A stretch of DNA of 64,000 nucleotides from Lama glama (GCA_028534125.1 CM052832.1:18974001-19038000); one strand, 5' to 3'; shown: positions 38,528 to 51,660, numbered from the stretch's first letter. Numbers and translations: made by a program. Notes: generated from the sequence alone by a model not told the origin.

Positions 38528-39027
38528 NNNNNNNNNNNNNNNNNNNNNNNNNNNNNNNNNNNNNNNNNNNNNNNNNNNNNNNNNNNNNNNNNNNNNNNNN
38601 NNNNNNNNNNNNNNNNNNNNNNNNNNNNNNNNNNNNNNNNNNNNNNNNNNNNNNNNNNNNNNNNNNNNNNNNNNNNNNNNNNNNNNNNNNNNNNNNNNNN
38701 NNNNNNNNNNNNNNNNNNNNNNNNNNNNNNNNNNNNNNNNNNNNNNNNNNNNNNNNNNNNNNNNNNNNNNNNNNNNNNNNNNNNNNNNNNNNNNNNNNNN
38801 NNNNNNNNNNNNNNNNNNNNNNNNNNNNNNNNNNNNNNNNNNNNNNNNNNNNNNNNNNNNNNNNNNNNNNNNNNNNNNNNNNNNNNNNNNNNNNNNNNNN
38901 NNNNNNNNNNNNNNNNNNNNNNNNNNNNNNNNNNNNNNNNNNNNNNNNNNNNNNNNNNNNNNNNNNNNNNNNNNNNNNNNNNNNNNNNNNNNNNNNNNNN
39001 NNNNNNNNNNNNNNNNNNNNNNNNNNN
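38528..39027. other. Assembly gap (500 N)
   Basis: Run of exactly 500 N. Confidence 1.
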
Positions 39028-39429
39028 TTTTTTTGAGATGCTGATGACTTTAGTTCTCAAACCATGTACATGCTGAATAATTAGGCTTTCAAAGAACAAG
39101 ATGTTTCTAGAAACCCAAAAAGTCAGGGCAGCCTTTCAACAGGAGCAATAGTTACCCTCCCACCACTGACGTGCCAGTGCCTGGACCTCACTGGTTCCTT
39201 CCATCATTAAGATTTTTATCAAGACGAGAAGGTATTTATTACATATGATTCCCCTGAGTCTCCTTGTATTTGAAGAATAAATATGTAACTACTATGCTTT
39301 ATTTTTGGAGATAAATATTTGCTCTCAAATTCCTCTAATGTTCTAGATAGACCTTGCTCTAAAGTGAGGATTAAAGTGGTTTGCCTTGTGTTCCAAATTT
39401 CTTTATTTTGAATTAAATATTTATCTTTA

Positions 39430-39900
39430 TTATGATTAAAAGGAAGTACAAAAAAGGAATATATGTTCATTGTAGGTCATTTAGAATGGTTAGAGAAGTT
39501 TCTAGCAAAAAATTGAAAATGTTGCTAATGCTTTGGTGTATTTTTTCTATATATATGGCTTATTTCCCACAAAATTGGTATCGTACTCTATTTGCAGTGA
39601 GTTTTTTCTTTCTTTTAAAAATTGTGAATATTTTCTAGTATAATATATTCTTCTTCAAAAACACAATTTAAATGGCTGCACAGTATTTCAACATATGGAT
39701 GTACCATAATGTATGTAACTATTTCCTTATTGTCATACATTTGGTGTTGAGCAATTTTTGCCATTATAAATGACGTCATAGTAGTATATTTGCATATATT
39801 CTTTGATTGTTCCTTATTGTATGTGTAAAATTATCAACAAGGATGAGTATTTTTGAAATTCTTTTAGTTTGTTTGTAGTTTGCCCTCCAAAAAGACTGCA
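39430..39900 (-). mobile_element. Ancient L1ME-like fragment
   Basis: aatggctgcacagtatttcaacatatggatgtaccataat...gccattataaat. Confidence 0.55.
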
Positions 39901-40244
39901 CTGATGAACCCTTCCACTGACGTTTCTTTAGCTGTTACTGACTTGGATGCTTTTCTGAGTTTACTGTTCATCTGTACTTTTGTTGCACACTGTGTTCTCT
40001 ACTCAATTTTTTACTGTGCTATTCATCTTTTTCTCTTTATATGTATTTACTTTATTTGGAAGGGTTCTTTACTAAAGGTTACTTCCCATTCTTTGTTATG
40101 CTTGGTATAAATGTTTCTAAACTCTAAGCTTAGTTGGACTGTTAGAGTTAAAAGTTTGTAGTTTGGTAGAATTTTCAAAGGAGTAACATATATTGTATTG
40201 TATTATATTATATCGTATTATATTATATTATATATACATATATA

Positions 40245-41015
40245 CAGCTTTATTGAAATATAATTCACATACCACACAATTCACCAGTTTAAAGTGTACA
40301 ATTCAATGGTTTTACTATATTCATAGTTGTACAGCCAACACCACAATCAATTTTAGAATATTTTCCTCACCCCAAAGAGAAACTCTATACCATTAGCAGT
40401 CACTATCCATTTCCCCTTCTCCCCAGCCCTGGCAACCACTAACCTACTTTCTTTCTCCAAAGATTGGCTTATTCTGGACATTTCATTAATAGAATCATGC
40501 AAAAAGTAGTCTTTTGTGACTATAGCATGTATCAATGCTTCATTCTTTTTCATTGATGAATACTCTTACACCACATGAATATACCACATTGTGTTTATCC
40601 ACTTACCGATTGATGGACATTTGAGTTGTTTCCATTTTTGCCTATTATTGCTACTAATGAATATTTGGGTACAAGTCTTTGCATGGACATATGTTTTTAT
40701 TTCTCTTGAGTATATACCTAGGAATAGAATTGCTGGCTCATATGGTGATAACTTTTGAAGAACTGCCAAACTGTTTTCCAAAGCTACAGCACCATTTATA
40801 TTCCCACCAGCAGTGTATAGGTTCCAATTTCTCCACATGCTTCTCAACATTTGTTATTATCTGTCTTCTTGACATAGCCATCCTAGTGGGTGTGAAATGG
40901 TATCTCATTATAGTTTTGATTTTCATTTCCCTGATGAACAATGATGTTGAGCATCCTTTCATGTGCTAATGGGCTATTTAAATATCTTATTTGAAGAAAT
41001 GTTTATTCAGATCAA
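40245..41015 (-). mobile_element. L1MB-like 3' portion, next to an (ATTAT)n tract
   Basis: cagctttattgaaatataattcacataccacacaattcacc...gccatcctagtgggtgtgaaatggtatctcatt. The minus-strand ORF MRYHFTPTRMA resembles the L1 ORF2 C-terminus. Confidence 0.9.
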
Positions 41016-42449
41016 ATGAATATATTTTGACAGATACTTCCTTCTCTCTCTCCCTCCCTCTTCCTTCCCTTCCTTCTTTACTTCCTTCCTCTCTTTCCAT
41101 TACTTATTCTCAAATTTGTGCTTTAAGACAGTCAAAAGGGCTGAAAAATGCCTATGTCCTTCAGCAGTTGAGCAAGCCCACTTCCAGCATGGGTACTGGT
41201 CCAGGATTCAAATTAACAGACATTTTCTATAAAGAGATGATATCCCTGTCTCCGCCCATAAATCTAAGTCATTACTCAGCATTTTTAAATTAATTAGTAA
41301 AGTTCCAAGGTTGAAAGGGCTTTAAAAAATTATGTAGTCTAACTACCATGAGTTCTTTCTGTAATATACCCCCACCAAATTATGCACACTTCCAATGACA
41401 GGGAATTTATTACCTCCCAGGCAGTTCATTGTACCTCTGGGAAAAGAACTTTATTCCTGGAAAGTTCTTCTTTACATTGAGATTAAATCTACCTCTCCAA
41501 AGCTTCTATCTAGTTCTACCTTTGAGTCATTATTAAGTACCTGAGCCCTACTCAGATATCTGAAAGCCTCTTTCCTATTACCTTCCTTTGAGATTTCTTT
41601 TCTTCAAGGTAAATATCATAAATCCTCAAACTGTTCCTCAAACATTGCAGTTCATGTATAGAGCCTTAACCAGTCTTCTCTGAGAAGTCCAATTCTCTTG
41701 TTTCCCAGTGAGAGTATGGCTTTCAGCATGGGAGGGGAGAGCTGACCAGGGGCAAGTAAGAGGATGGAAAATTTCTAATTTATGCAGTTTGTGTGCTCTT
41801 TTGCTATTGTTACTATTATATGGTTGACTTTTACATTGAGCTTCATTGGCAACAAAAATGCCTACGTGTTTTTTTCCTACATGAACTGCTAATGAATCCA
41901 TTTCTGTGTTTCTGCATGTCTTGGTAGGATTCAAATACAGGATTTTATCTTTACTCTGTTAAATGTGATTTTGTTGAATTTGGTTCCATCAAGTAAAGAT
42001 AATTAATGATAATAATAATATGTCAAAAGCTCTGTGTCCATTATTCCATTTTGAATCTCACAAATACCCTATGAGGTAGACACAATTACTATTCTCATTT
42101 CATACTCGAAGAATTTGCCATTTGGCCTGGTTAACTTGCTCAAAGTCACATCCGTATTTGCTATATTTAAAGGCCAAGCTCTTAGGCAATTCACCATATT
42201 GTCTCCTACAGCTTTGGAGCCCAGTGCTCTCAGCCAGTGGAGTCACTGCCTTCCAGTGTTCTGATCTGCAGATCTGGCAAGTGTGCTTCCATGGTTCCAT
42301 CTGACTCTGTTTTCGAACCACAGAGCCCTGAAGGTTCTATAGCTGCTTCAGTGTAACTAATTTATTCATTTCTACCCAAAAACTTCAAGGATCTCTCGCC
42401 TCTCTTATGAAAGGCATTTGAACTCTAATCCTTTAAACAATCCCCAAAC

Positions 42450-42905
42450 TCATTTATTTTGTTTATTCAACAAATACTTATTGAGCAGCTACTCTGTGGA
42501 GCAGTTCCTCCTTGCTTTGGTGGAGGAGGTAGATGATAAGCACATAATCAATAGATAATTTCACCTAGTAAGAGTCATGAGGGCTTGAAGAAGATTAAAC
42601 AGGACAGTGGGATAGAAAGAGTAGAACAGGGAGCGATCAGGATTGGTCGGGGGTTGGGGGGACTACGGGGAGGTTTCTCCAGGAGGTGACATCTGGGCTG
42701 AGACTGAACTATCAACCAGCCACATGAAGATCTGAAGATCAGGAGAGGAGAGTGTCAGGGGTAAACATCCTGAGATGAGTGAGCTCAGCAGGTTGGAAGA
42801 ATAGAAATAAGGAGAGGGCCGGTGGCTGGGTGCCTGGCTGAGCAAGTAGGAGAGAGTGGAAAGAGGTGAAGTTAGAGAGCGGGGCAGGACCAATCATGGA
42901 GAACC
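42450..42905. mobile_element. L2 fragment
   Basis: ttattcaacaaatacttattgagc...ggaggtgacatctgggctgagactgaa. Confidence 0.65.
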
Positions 42906-43074
42906 TTGTCAGCTAAATCCATCCTGGCGCTGGTCCAGGGCCCATCCATCTCAGACTCCAGCCTGGTGGCTTAGTGGGTACCTTGGTGATCCAAGTGTAC
43001 ACTTATGGGTCTCACCCTCCCACCGACTGAGTGACTCGTAAAAGTACTCTCTGCAGGGAGGATGGTGAATAAAG

Positions 43075-43515
43075 GTTCTTCAGCTCAGTAAGTCAAAGAG
43101 CTTCCTCTGGTTATTCTAATGTGCAACCAGAATAAAGAACCACTGATTCCAAAACCAGCTCCTCAAAGTTTCCTGGGCACAGGGGTCACCTGGGGATCTG
43201 TTAAATGGCCAATGCTGATTCTACCCACAGTGGCTCAGCAGTAGAGGACCTGAGACTCTGCATTTCTCCCAGGTGATCAGATATTCCCAGGTCCCTGGGC
43301 CACTCTTTGCATAGCTAGGCCCTAGAATAGTGGTTCTCAAAGTGTGGTCCCTGGACCAACAATAATAGCATCACCTGAGAGCATGTGCCAAATGGCATTC
43401 CAGGCCCTACTCCAGACATCCTGAATCAGAGACACTGGGGTGGGGCCCAGAGACCTGTGATTTAACAAGCTTTAGGTGATTCTGATGCAAGCTAAAATTT
43501 AAAGCCATTGCCCTA
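43075..43515. mobile_element. Cluster of MER5-like hAT MITEs
   Basis: tagtggttctcaaagtgtggtccctggacc...gcatcacctg...aggtgattctgatgca, plus two adjacent related segments. Confidence 0.7.
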
Positions 43516-43702
43516 CGTGCTCTCTCTCACAAGCACTTTATATGACTTGTCTAATGATGGGAAAGTGGTGGAAGGTAATAAGAGAAGGAAAAGCAATGAG
43601 CTGATTAAACTGGCCACATACAGAAGCAGCCGGGAGTCAAGGTACCATCTCTGAAAAGTGTGGCTCTTTCAATGTTGTTCAGGCAACAGACAGCATGATG
43701 TA

Positions 43703-44236
43703 GTACGGGGTCTCTTACCCTGGACGCTATGACATGCTGGGCTGGATAACTCTTTGTTGTTAGAAGCTATCTTGTGCATTGCAGGATATTTGGAGCAGGC
43801 CAGGGATGGGGTGAGGCAAGTGGGGCATCCAAGGCACACAGTTTAAGGAGGCACTTGCTCTCAGAGACCTGCAAGTATAGGTCCAACATTTGCGTGACTC
43901 TGAGAGTAAGTACCTCCTTAAATCATGCATCCTAGGTGCCTCACTTGCCTCACTCTAGTCCTGACCGTTTAGCAGCATCCCTGCCCTCTAGCCACTCAGT
44001 GCCGGCAGCAACCTCTCATTCCCCACTCCCACCCTCCCACCCTTTTTTTAAAAAAATACATTTCCTCTAACATTCATTTATTTATTTGTTTGTTTATATT
44101 AAAGTTAGTCAGTTTACAATGTTGCATCAATTTCTGGTGTACAGTATATCACCCTCTATTTTTAACCATGAAAAGTATCTCCAGACATGGCCAAAAGTCC
44201 CTGGGGGAGCACAGTTGCCCCAGCTGAGAACCACTG
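43703..44236. mobile_element. MER20 containing a nested MER96 and an L1 tail fragment
   Basis: gggctggataactctttgttg...gtgcattgcaggatattt / tttagcagcatccctg...tctccagacatggccaaaagtccctggggg...gagaaccactg. Confidence 0.75.
43796..43966. mobile_element. MER96 palindromic MITE
   Basis: Long inverted repeat: ggtgaggcaagtggggca...tttaaggaggcacttgctctcagag / ctctgagagtaagtacctccttaaa...tgcctcacttgcctcact. Confidence 0.8.
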
Positions 44237-45599
44237 ATTTGGTGGCGATCACAAGGATTTGTTACAGACTGATGTTCTAACCCACCAGTCCTCTGGCTGG
44301 AGGCCGGGTGTAGATGGTGCTTCCACTCAGCTGAGAGTGACACCATCAGGAGCAGACACTGAAAATAGCCCCAAAGACCCTCCCCTAGGCGAGAGAGGGC
44401 TCACTTTCCCTCTTGATGGCAGCAATAGCTCAAAATCTTTGAGCTACTGCTTGAGATACGAACATAAATCCTTGACATAGGGAAGGCAATTGAAGTCCAC
44501 CTTTGATGCAGAGGGGTCATGCATGAAAGTTCACTACACATAGCAGGACTGGGGTCTTGCAGCTGAGATGTGTGGCTTGGGGCGGGGTTCTGAGGACCTG
44601 GGCTCCAATTTGAGGCCCAGGCACTTAATCTCTAAATCACATAATTTCTCTTCCTCCTCACTCTCCTCATCCATAAAAGAAAATAATGAAAATACCTACT
44701 GTACAGAGCTATTTTGAGGATTAAATGAGATCACATACTATGTTACAGGAAAACAACTAATATATTCTTTAATTTATGCAGTCACTTTTGCCCTAATGGA
44801 AGCTTTATGCCAGTTAAAAGAGGAGCCAATTATAGGTTATAAGTGGATTTGTAAGTGCAGGGAGTCACCTGGGAAATGTGTACAAGGCACGTCCAGAGAC
44901 CTGCATTGCAGGAACGCCTTGACTTCCCACCAGCTGTGTGATCCTGGTCACTCTCGCCAGGCCTCACTCCCTTGGCAGCAAAATGAAGGGGTTGAAACAG
45001 ATGGTCTTCAAAGTCCTCCTTCCTTTCTACTGTGATTCCGTGTACGGTGGCAACGGACAATATGTCTTTGTCCTTTATTCTGCACTTGAACAATATCTTG
45101 GAACAAACTACCCACCCCTCGAATCCTTCTCTCCTCTTGTTTCCCACTTTCCACACTCCCACACGCAGCCTTCTTCCAAATCACACCCCAGAATGCTGTG
45201 AAAAAGAGCTGATTTCCCAAACTGCGGCATGTTCCTTTCCCAGCCAGAGTTTTGAGATTTGACAATGATGAGAACAGCTTAGGCTTTGCTGGCTTTCTTC
45301 AAAGCTTTCCCAAAGATTGACTAGCTCCACTAATTTTGTACCACTTCCCAATGGGGAGACACCCCTCTGGTCAATAACTTGAATCATCTGTAGAGCCAGG
45401 AGGGAGGGAAGTACTCACTCTCCCCAAGCCCACCTCCCTGCAGGGGGCTTAGGGTAACAGGTAATTACAAGGAAGGGTGATGGTCAGGAGTAGCTCTTCC
45501 CGCCACAGCTCCCTAGACGCCCTGAAGGATTTTTAATGGAGAAAGGAGTATCTATGGAGCTCCTACCATGGGCCAGATACTCTGCCCTTTAATCCTCTT

Positions 45600-46150
45600 T
45601 GAGTGATAATGGCATAAGCATGCATTTCATTAGATGCAAATTCTTTGCATGGCCAGGTCCAGAGGGAACCAGGTAAAGCATAATGACTTCATTAAGCTTG
45701 TTACTTGAACTTATCTTTCCCTGGCTGCGTAATATGGGTTCGCCCAGCATTGCCACCCCCTGGACCATGCCTTGTTCTCCATCCTCCTTCCCGATAGACG
45801 GAAATAAACACAGGGACGAGCCTCTCGTGTAACGTGAATTCATCGCGCATAATTGTCAGAATGAAACCCTCCTGGTTGCCTGTCTGCACAATGCCAGTGA
45901 TTACAGTGATTAAATCAATCAAGCCCAATTTCATAATCGTCAAATGTATAATTTCCCGACTCGGCAGGGTCCCAACACGTGGCATCCCAGCTGTCTGATA
46001 CAGGAATCAAAAATACAGCATTAAACAAAATGTTTTGGGCTAGGATTTGGTAATTTGGTAAACTTAATACCATATTAATAAGGCTGATGAGACGCAATAA
46101 AACTCCATGCAAATTTTGTATAATGATCGTGAAATAGCTGGTTTGTGATT
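45600..46150. promoter_or_regulatory. Candidate conserved non-coding element / enhancer
   Basis: Unique sequence, AT-rich yet CpG-retaining, with octamer, PBX-HOX, E-box and TAAT motifs. Confidence 0.55.
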
Positions 46151-46635
46151 TCCCAGTGATGACTTACTTCAGTAGCTCAAGTATGAAAAATACTCCCAAT
46201 CTCCCAAGAAATTGCCTCACTGAATGTTTTATTCCCAGAAAAAATCATTCAGTCAATTACATGTATACCTTAATTATGTTATTATTGTTATTGTTATATA
46301 AGGAGTTTTGCAAGATGCCTTAGCACAGGTCCTGCAGAGAGCTTGATGGCAATCTGTTCATCTGATTTTATGTGCAGACTGATGCCTCTGGGGTCCTAGG
46401 TTGAGATCTTGAGCATCACATTCAAAGACAGCCTCAGATGGGAAGCATTGTTTCACAGGCTCTGCTTCTCTCTGTAACTAAAGAGAAGAAATTGTACCAG
46501 AGCCAAAGGAGGAAGAAGAAAGATGACATACTCTCTTTTGTGCTTTTGCCCTAATCCCATTTTGTTTCTCTACATGAGGCAATCATTTTATTTCATGCTG
46601 CAGTTGATTTTATAAAAATTCCAAAGTACCCAGTT

Positions 46636-46908
46636 CTGAATCACTTTGCTGTACACCTGAAACTAACAGTGTAAATCAATCACACTTCAAATAAAAAACA
46701 AAATCTAAAAAAAAAATTAAAAATTAAAATTAAGATAAAAACAAATGGGGAGAGGTATAGCTCAAGTGGTAGAGTGCATGCTTAGCATGCAAGACGTTCT
46801 GGGTTCATTCCCCAATACCTCCTCTAAAAATAAATAAGATAAACCTAATTACTTCCCCCACCAAAAAATAATAATAAAAACAAACAAACAAACAAACAAA
46901 AACAAAGC
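46636..46908 (+). mobile_element. Tiny L1 3' end with a vic-1 SINE (from 46747) inserted in its A tail
   Basis: ctgaatcactttgctgtacacctgaaactaac...; GGGGAGAGGTATAGCTCAAGTGGTAGAGTGCATGCTTAGCATGC.... Outer TSD aaa(g/t)tacccagtt. Confidence 0.9.
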
Positions 46909-47264
46909 AAATTACCCAGTTAATTCAGTTGTGATCATCAGAGATCCTATAAATTTCTAGTGTTTGAAACTCTTGCAAGATAGAGGAAAATTAATTTATC
47001 CAACGTTGTATCTTCCATGTGTAATTTTGGTAGAATTGGGGCACACAGAAGGGTTTCCACAGGGGCTGTCAAAATTTGACTTCTAGACTTAGATGGATGT
47101 TACAGTAGTATTTGCCTTATAAGAATTCATTAACTATATATTTTTGGCATGTTTTCTTTATGTTTTATTTTATAATACAATATTTTAAAAAATCATTGAT
47201 CTGCAGATAGTATGTAAAAGCATTCTCCATCTTAATTGGACCAAATGGCCTAAAGACTTCTTCT

Positions 47265-47745
47265 AAGGTAGGCAGAATCATCCCCCCAACAAAGATGCTC
47301 TTGTCCTAACCTGCAAAATCTGTGAACGTTTCATTACATCATAAGGAGGAGTTATGTGGATAGAATTAAGGATGTTAATCAGCTGAACTTGACACGGGGA
47401 GATTATCCGAGAATATTCTATTAGGCTCGATGTCATCACATGTGCTCTTAAATGTGGAAGAAGGTTGCAGGAGAGTTGGTGTCAGAGTGACGCAGTGTGA
47501 GAAATACTCAGTTGGCCACTGCTGGATTTGAAGATGGAAGGGGACATGAGCCAAGGAATGCAGGTGGCTTCTAGCAGCTGGAAAAGGCAGGAAAATTGAT
47601 TCTCCCCTAGAGCCTCCAGCAGGAACACAGCCCTGATAATCTGTTTCAGACTTCTAACCTGCAGAACTATAAAATAATAAATTTCTGTTGTTTTAAGCCA
47701 CTAAGTTTATGGCAATTTGTCACAGCAGCAGTAGGAAATTAATAC
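47265..47745 (+). mobile_element. MaLR solo LTR (MLT1D-like)
   Basis: ggtaggcagaatc...gagccaaggaatgcaggtggcttctagcagctggaaaaggcagg...gttttaagccactaagttt...ggaaattaataca. Confidence 0.9.
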
Positions 47746-47999
47746 ACATTTTCCTTGATAGGTAGCTATGCTTACTACGCTGGGCTTGTATTCTACTAGC
47801 CATCTCTTTCCTTGTAACTTCTTTCTCTCTTCCTTCCTCTAAAGAAGGACTTCAGACTTCAGGCTTTCCCTACACCTTAAAAGAAACATTTACCAAAAAA
47901 AGTTTTATATTGTTTAGAACTCTTCAGCTCTGCCCTACTTATGGCTGTTTATTAAAGTTAAATAAACATAGATATGTAACCATCTTTCTCTAATTAATG

Positions 48000-48660
48000 T
48001 TTTAAAAAATTTTTTATTTATACAACTTTAAAGGTTACTTTCCAGTTACAGTTATTACAAAATGTTAGCTCTATTTCCTGTGTTGTACAGTGAATCCTTC
48101 AGCCTGTCTTATACCCTCCCTTCCTCCACCCTTATATCACCCCTTCTCCCCCCACCACTGATAACCACTAGTTTGTTCTCTGTATCTGTGAGTCTGCTTC
48201 TCTTTTGTTAAAGTCATTAGTTTGTTGATATTTAAGTGATATCATACAGTATTTGTCTTTCTCTATCTGACTTATTTCACTGAGCATAATGCCATCCAAG
48301 TCCAACTATGTTGCTGCAAATGACAAAATTTCATTCTTTCTTATGGCTAAGTAGTATTCCATTGTGCACATATTACTATATCTTCTTTATCCATTCATCT
48401 GTGATGGACACTTAGGTTGCTTCTGTATCTAGGCAATTGTAAATAATGCTGCTATGAACATTGGGGTACATGTATCTTTTCGAATTGGTGTTTTTGTTTT
48501 TTTCTGATATATAGCCAGGAGGGGAATTGCTGGGTCATATGGTAGTTCTATTTTTAGTTTTTTGAGAAACTGCCATACTGTTTTCTACAGTGGCTGCACT
48601 AATTTACATTCTCACCAACAGTGCACAAGGGTTCCCTTTTCTCCACATCCTCACCAATCT
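48000..48660 (-). mobile_element. L1 3' portion
   Basis: accactagtttgttctctgtatctgtgagtctgcttc...gggtcatatggtagttctatttttagttttttgagaaactgccatactg. Confidence 0.9.
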
Positions 48661-49299
48661 TGGCTTATTTTTTTTTATGCATCTCAGGCTTGTCTTGTTT
48701 ATTTTAGCATTTTGTTTTATTTTAGTATTTTTGACTAATTAATTTTTAAAATTGAAAATATGTAAAAAGAAAGGTACATCCCCTGTGACCTCATGTTTGA
48801 AAAAAATATCTTTGGAAAAAAACATATCCACACAGCAGATAAAACCCAGTGCCAGCCTAGGGCTTGATCGGAGATCTTCCCTTACCCAACACCACCCCAT
48901 ACGAAGATGGGATCCCAGAGGACTCACTTGCAATACACATGAACTGGAAATAAATCAGCTTCCTCATCCCATCTCCACCCCAACTCCTGTTGGAGAACAT
49001 TAGAAACGATGTCAAACTGAGAGGAGGAAGGAAAAAAAATTAGAATTTGGAACCAGAAGCTAGTCCTAATGAGGGTGGCAGAAAAAATTCACAGCTCCTA
49101 AATATACTGAAATACCTTGAGCCAAGAATTTAATTTGGAAGAGTCCCAAACTAATTGACTCCAGATACCTTACAGAAACAACATTCTGAAGGGAACCCAC
49201 CTGTGTCCAGAGCCTCACATAATTTACATAAATAAAATCTCAAGAAAAAACAGTAGTTAGGAGTAAAAAGTAAACACACATGGAAGGAAGGCATCATGA

Positions 49300-49501
49300 C
49301 CTCAATCAAATGCAACAAAATTTTAAAAGAATTATATAACCACAATCAAGTGGGATTTATTCCAGGTATGTAGGGCTGGTTCAACATTCAAGAACCAATT
49401 AATATAATTCATTACATGAATGAGCTAAAGGAGGAAAATCAGATGATCATATCAATAGATACAGAAAAAGCACTGGGCAAAATCCAACAGCCATTCATGA
49501 T
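49300..49501 (+). mobile_element. Internal L1 ORF2 (reverse transcriptase) fragment with a 15-bp TSD
   Basis: Encodes HNQVGFIPGM*GWFNI...[20 protein letters not shown]. Flanked by aggaaggcatcatga at 49285-49299 and 49502-49516. Confidence 0.85.
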
Positions 49502-49579
49502 AGGAAGGCATCATGAGAAAGAGTCAGCAGAAACTACAGATGGCAGAGAAAGACCCACAAAGACTCTGTATAGTAAAAT

Positions 49580-49795
49580 TATGTCTTCTTCCATTTCTTT
49601 CAACAATGTCATAGTTTTCCATGTACAAGTCTTTGACCTCCTTGGTTAAATTTATTCTCAAGCACTTTATTCTTCATGTTGCAATTGTAAATGAGATTGT
49701 TTTCTTAACTTCTCTTTCTGCTAGCTCATTGTTAGTGTATAGAAATGCAACAGATTTTTGTATATTGATTTTATATCCTGTGGCTTTACTGTATT
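49580..49795 (-). mobile_element. L1 ORF2 fragment
   Basis: cctccttggttaaatttattc...gcaattgtaaatgagattg...gtgtatagaaatgcaacagatttttgtatattgattttatatcctg. Confidence 0.85.
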
Positions 49796-51404
49796 ACTCT
49801 TTGAACTATTTTTGTTCCTGGGAATCTATAATTATTTCAAAATAAAAATTTTTAGAAAGAAAACATAAGTATGAGAATTTTCCACAATAGATGAATACTT
49901 TACCCCAAAAGCTAAATGAATCCCAAGGAGGATAAATACACACAAACACACACTCCCATATATGCATAAACACACACACATACCTATTTTTTAAACTGAA
50001 ATAGCATTGTGCTATACAAAACACTTTTGTAGTTTGTTTTTTCCTCTTAGCAGTGCAAATTCCATGAGAGACCTTTTTATCCTAATCTTCCCAACAAAAT
50101 GCCTTACATATTAGTATGTACATATTATTGTGCATATATGTACACCTACATATGTACATACATGTGTGTTTCATAAATGGCTGCATAGCATTCTGTTTTA
50201 CATTACATTTGTTCTTAGAACTTTTCTGGAGGTTTAAGATGATACTGAAATTTTTATGACAAGAGTGAGGATTATCTTTTCCTCAAGTTGCTGGATGTAG
50301 AGAATTTGCTAATTATCCATCTGTGTGGTCGAAGTCTGAAAAATGGAGGAAGAACACCGGCATCTTCTGCTGAGGTCTCCATAGCCAACCAAGGAAGGGT
50401 TAAATGTCCGTCGGAGGACTAGATAATCCTGCCCCTGTGGAATTTGGAGCTCAGATTCCCTCCCACCTGGCCTCAGTAGGAACAAAGGCATTTTGAGTCA
50501 TTCTTTCATTTCCAGACCACTGAATCCTTAGTATGACCTTGAGCAAAGTCAGCCATTGACTTGCTAACATCACTCTTGAAGATTAGCAGATATACTCCAT
50601 TCTCTAAATTATGAGGTTTTCATAGAACTAATGTGGCCAGAAGACTTACTTCACCTTTTTATGTACAACCATCTACAATCTCCTGTTGTAGCTCTAAGTT
50701 ACCCTTTTCTAATGCTATTACTTTAAGCAGCCTCAAAACCTACCACAGTAATCAAACATGGAGTCTCTTTTCTCCCACCTCTCCCAGGAAATATACAATA
50801 CCATGAAAACCAAATAAAAAGATGGAGTATGAAAGAAAAATATGCATCTTTGAGGTCAGCTGCCTCCTTTTAACAATTAACTGTGCCTCTCAGCACGTTG
50901 AATGGATGAATTAATTAGTGATTGTAGAGTCCTTTAAAACCCACAGCTCTGTATATCCCTGGTATTAAATACTGTGGTAGACTAGTATGTTAAGCATTGT
51001 CAAATGGACCTAATAGTCTTCCTTTTACTCACTTTCAAATCTGCCCCTTATTTTTCATTCCCGCTGCCCCTGCCCTAGACCCGGCTATATCATCTCTTCT
51101 AATAAGTGTCCACTACCTCCAAACTCTTTCTGCCCCAAAACCATAATTTATGTCACAGGAAGAAAAACTTAAAATAGTTTTTTACTTATCTCTCCTGCAA
51201 AGCTTTCAATGGCCACATGGAACCTATAATTTTAAGTCCAAAACAACTTGTTCAAGCAACAAAGCAGTAAACGGAAAAGAACTCCAGTTGCAAGATATTC
51301 TTATTTTCCTTACTCTGGTCCTCAAGGTCATTACCACACTAGGCAATTGCATATCCCAATGCCACACCCTTCATGAACCCTCCACCTCAAAGGCCGGTTC
51401 GCGC

Positions 51405-51660
51405 GACAGTTAAGAGCATGGATTCTGGCACCAGCCCTCTTGGGTGTGCATCCTGTCTGTGCTATTTGTGAGCTGTGAGACCTAGAGCAAGATGATTAGC
51501 CTCTCTGGACCACACTTTCTTCATTTGCAAAATGAGGCTTATAAAAGTACCCACCTCCCTGGGGCACTCTGTGGATTAAATAAGTTAACATTTATAAAGT
51601 GCTTAGAATAGCACCCATGCCATACAGTAAGCACAAATAATAAATATGGACTTTTGTTAC
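51405..51660 (+). mobile_element. MIR SINE
   Basis: gttaagagcatggattctgg...gctgtgagacctagagcaag...tcatttgcaaaatgagg...aaagtgcttagaatagcac. Confidence 0.8.

Noticed and set aside
40566..40969. ORFs with L1 ORF2-like peptides
   Set aside because: Frameshifted remnants of a dead L1, not a host gene.
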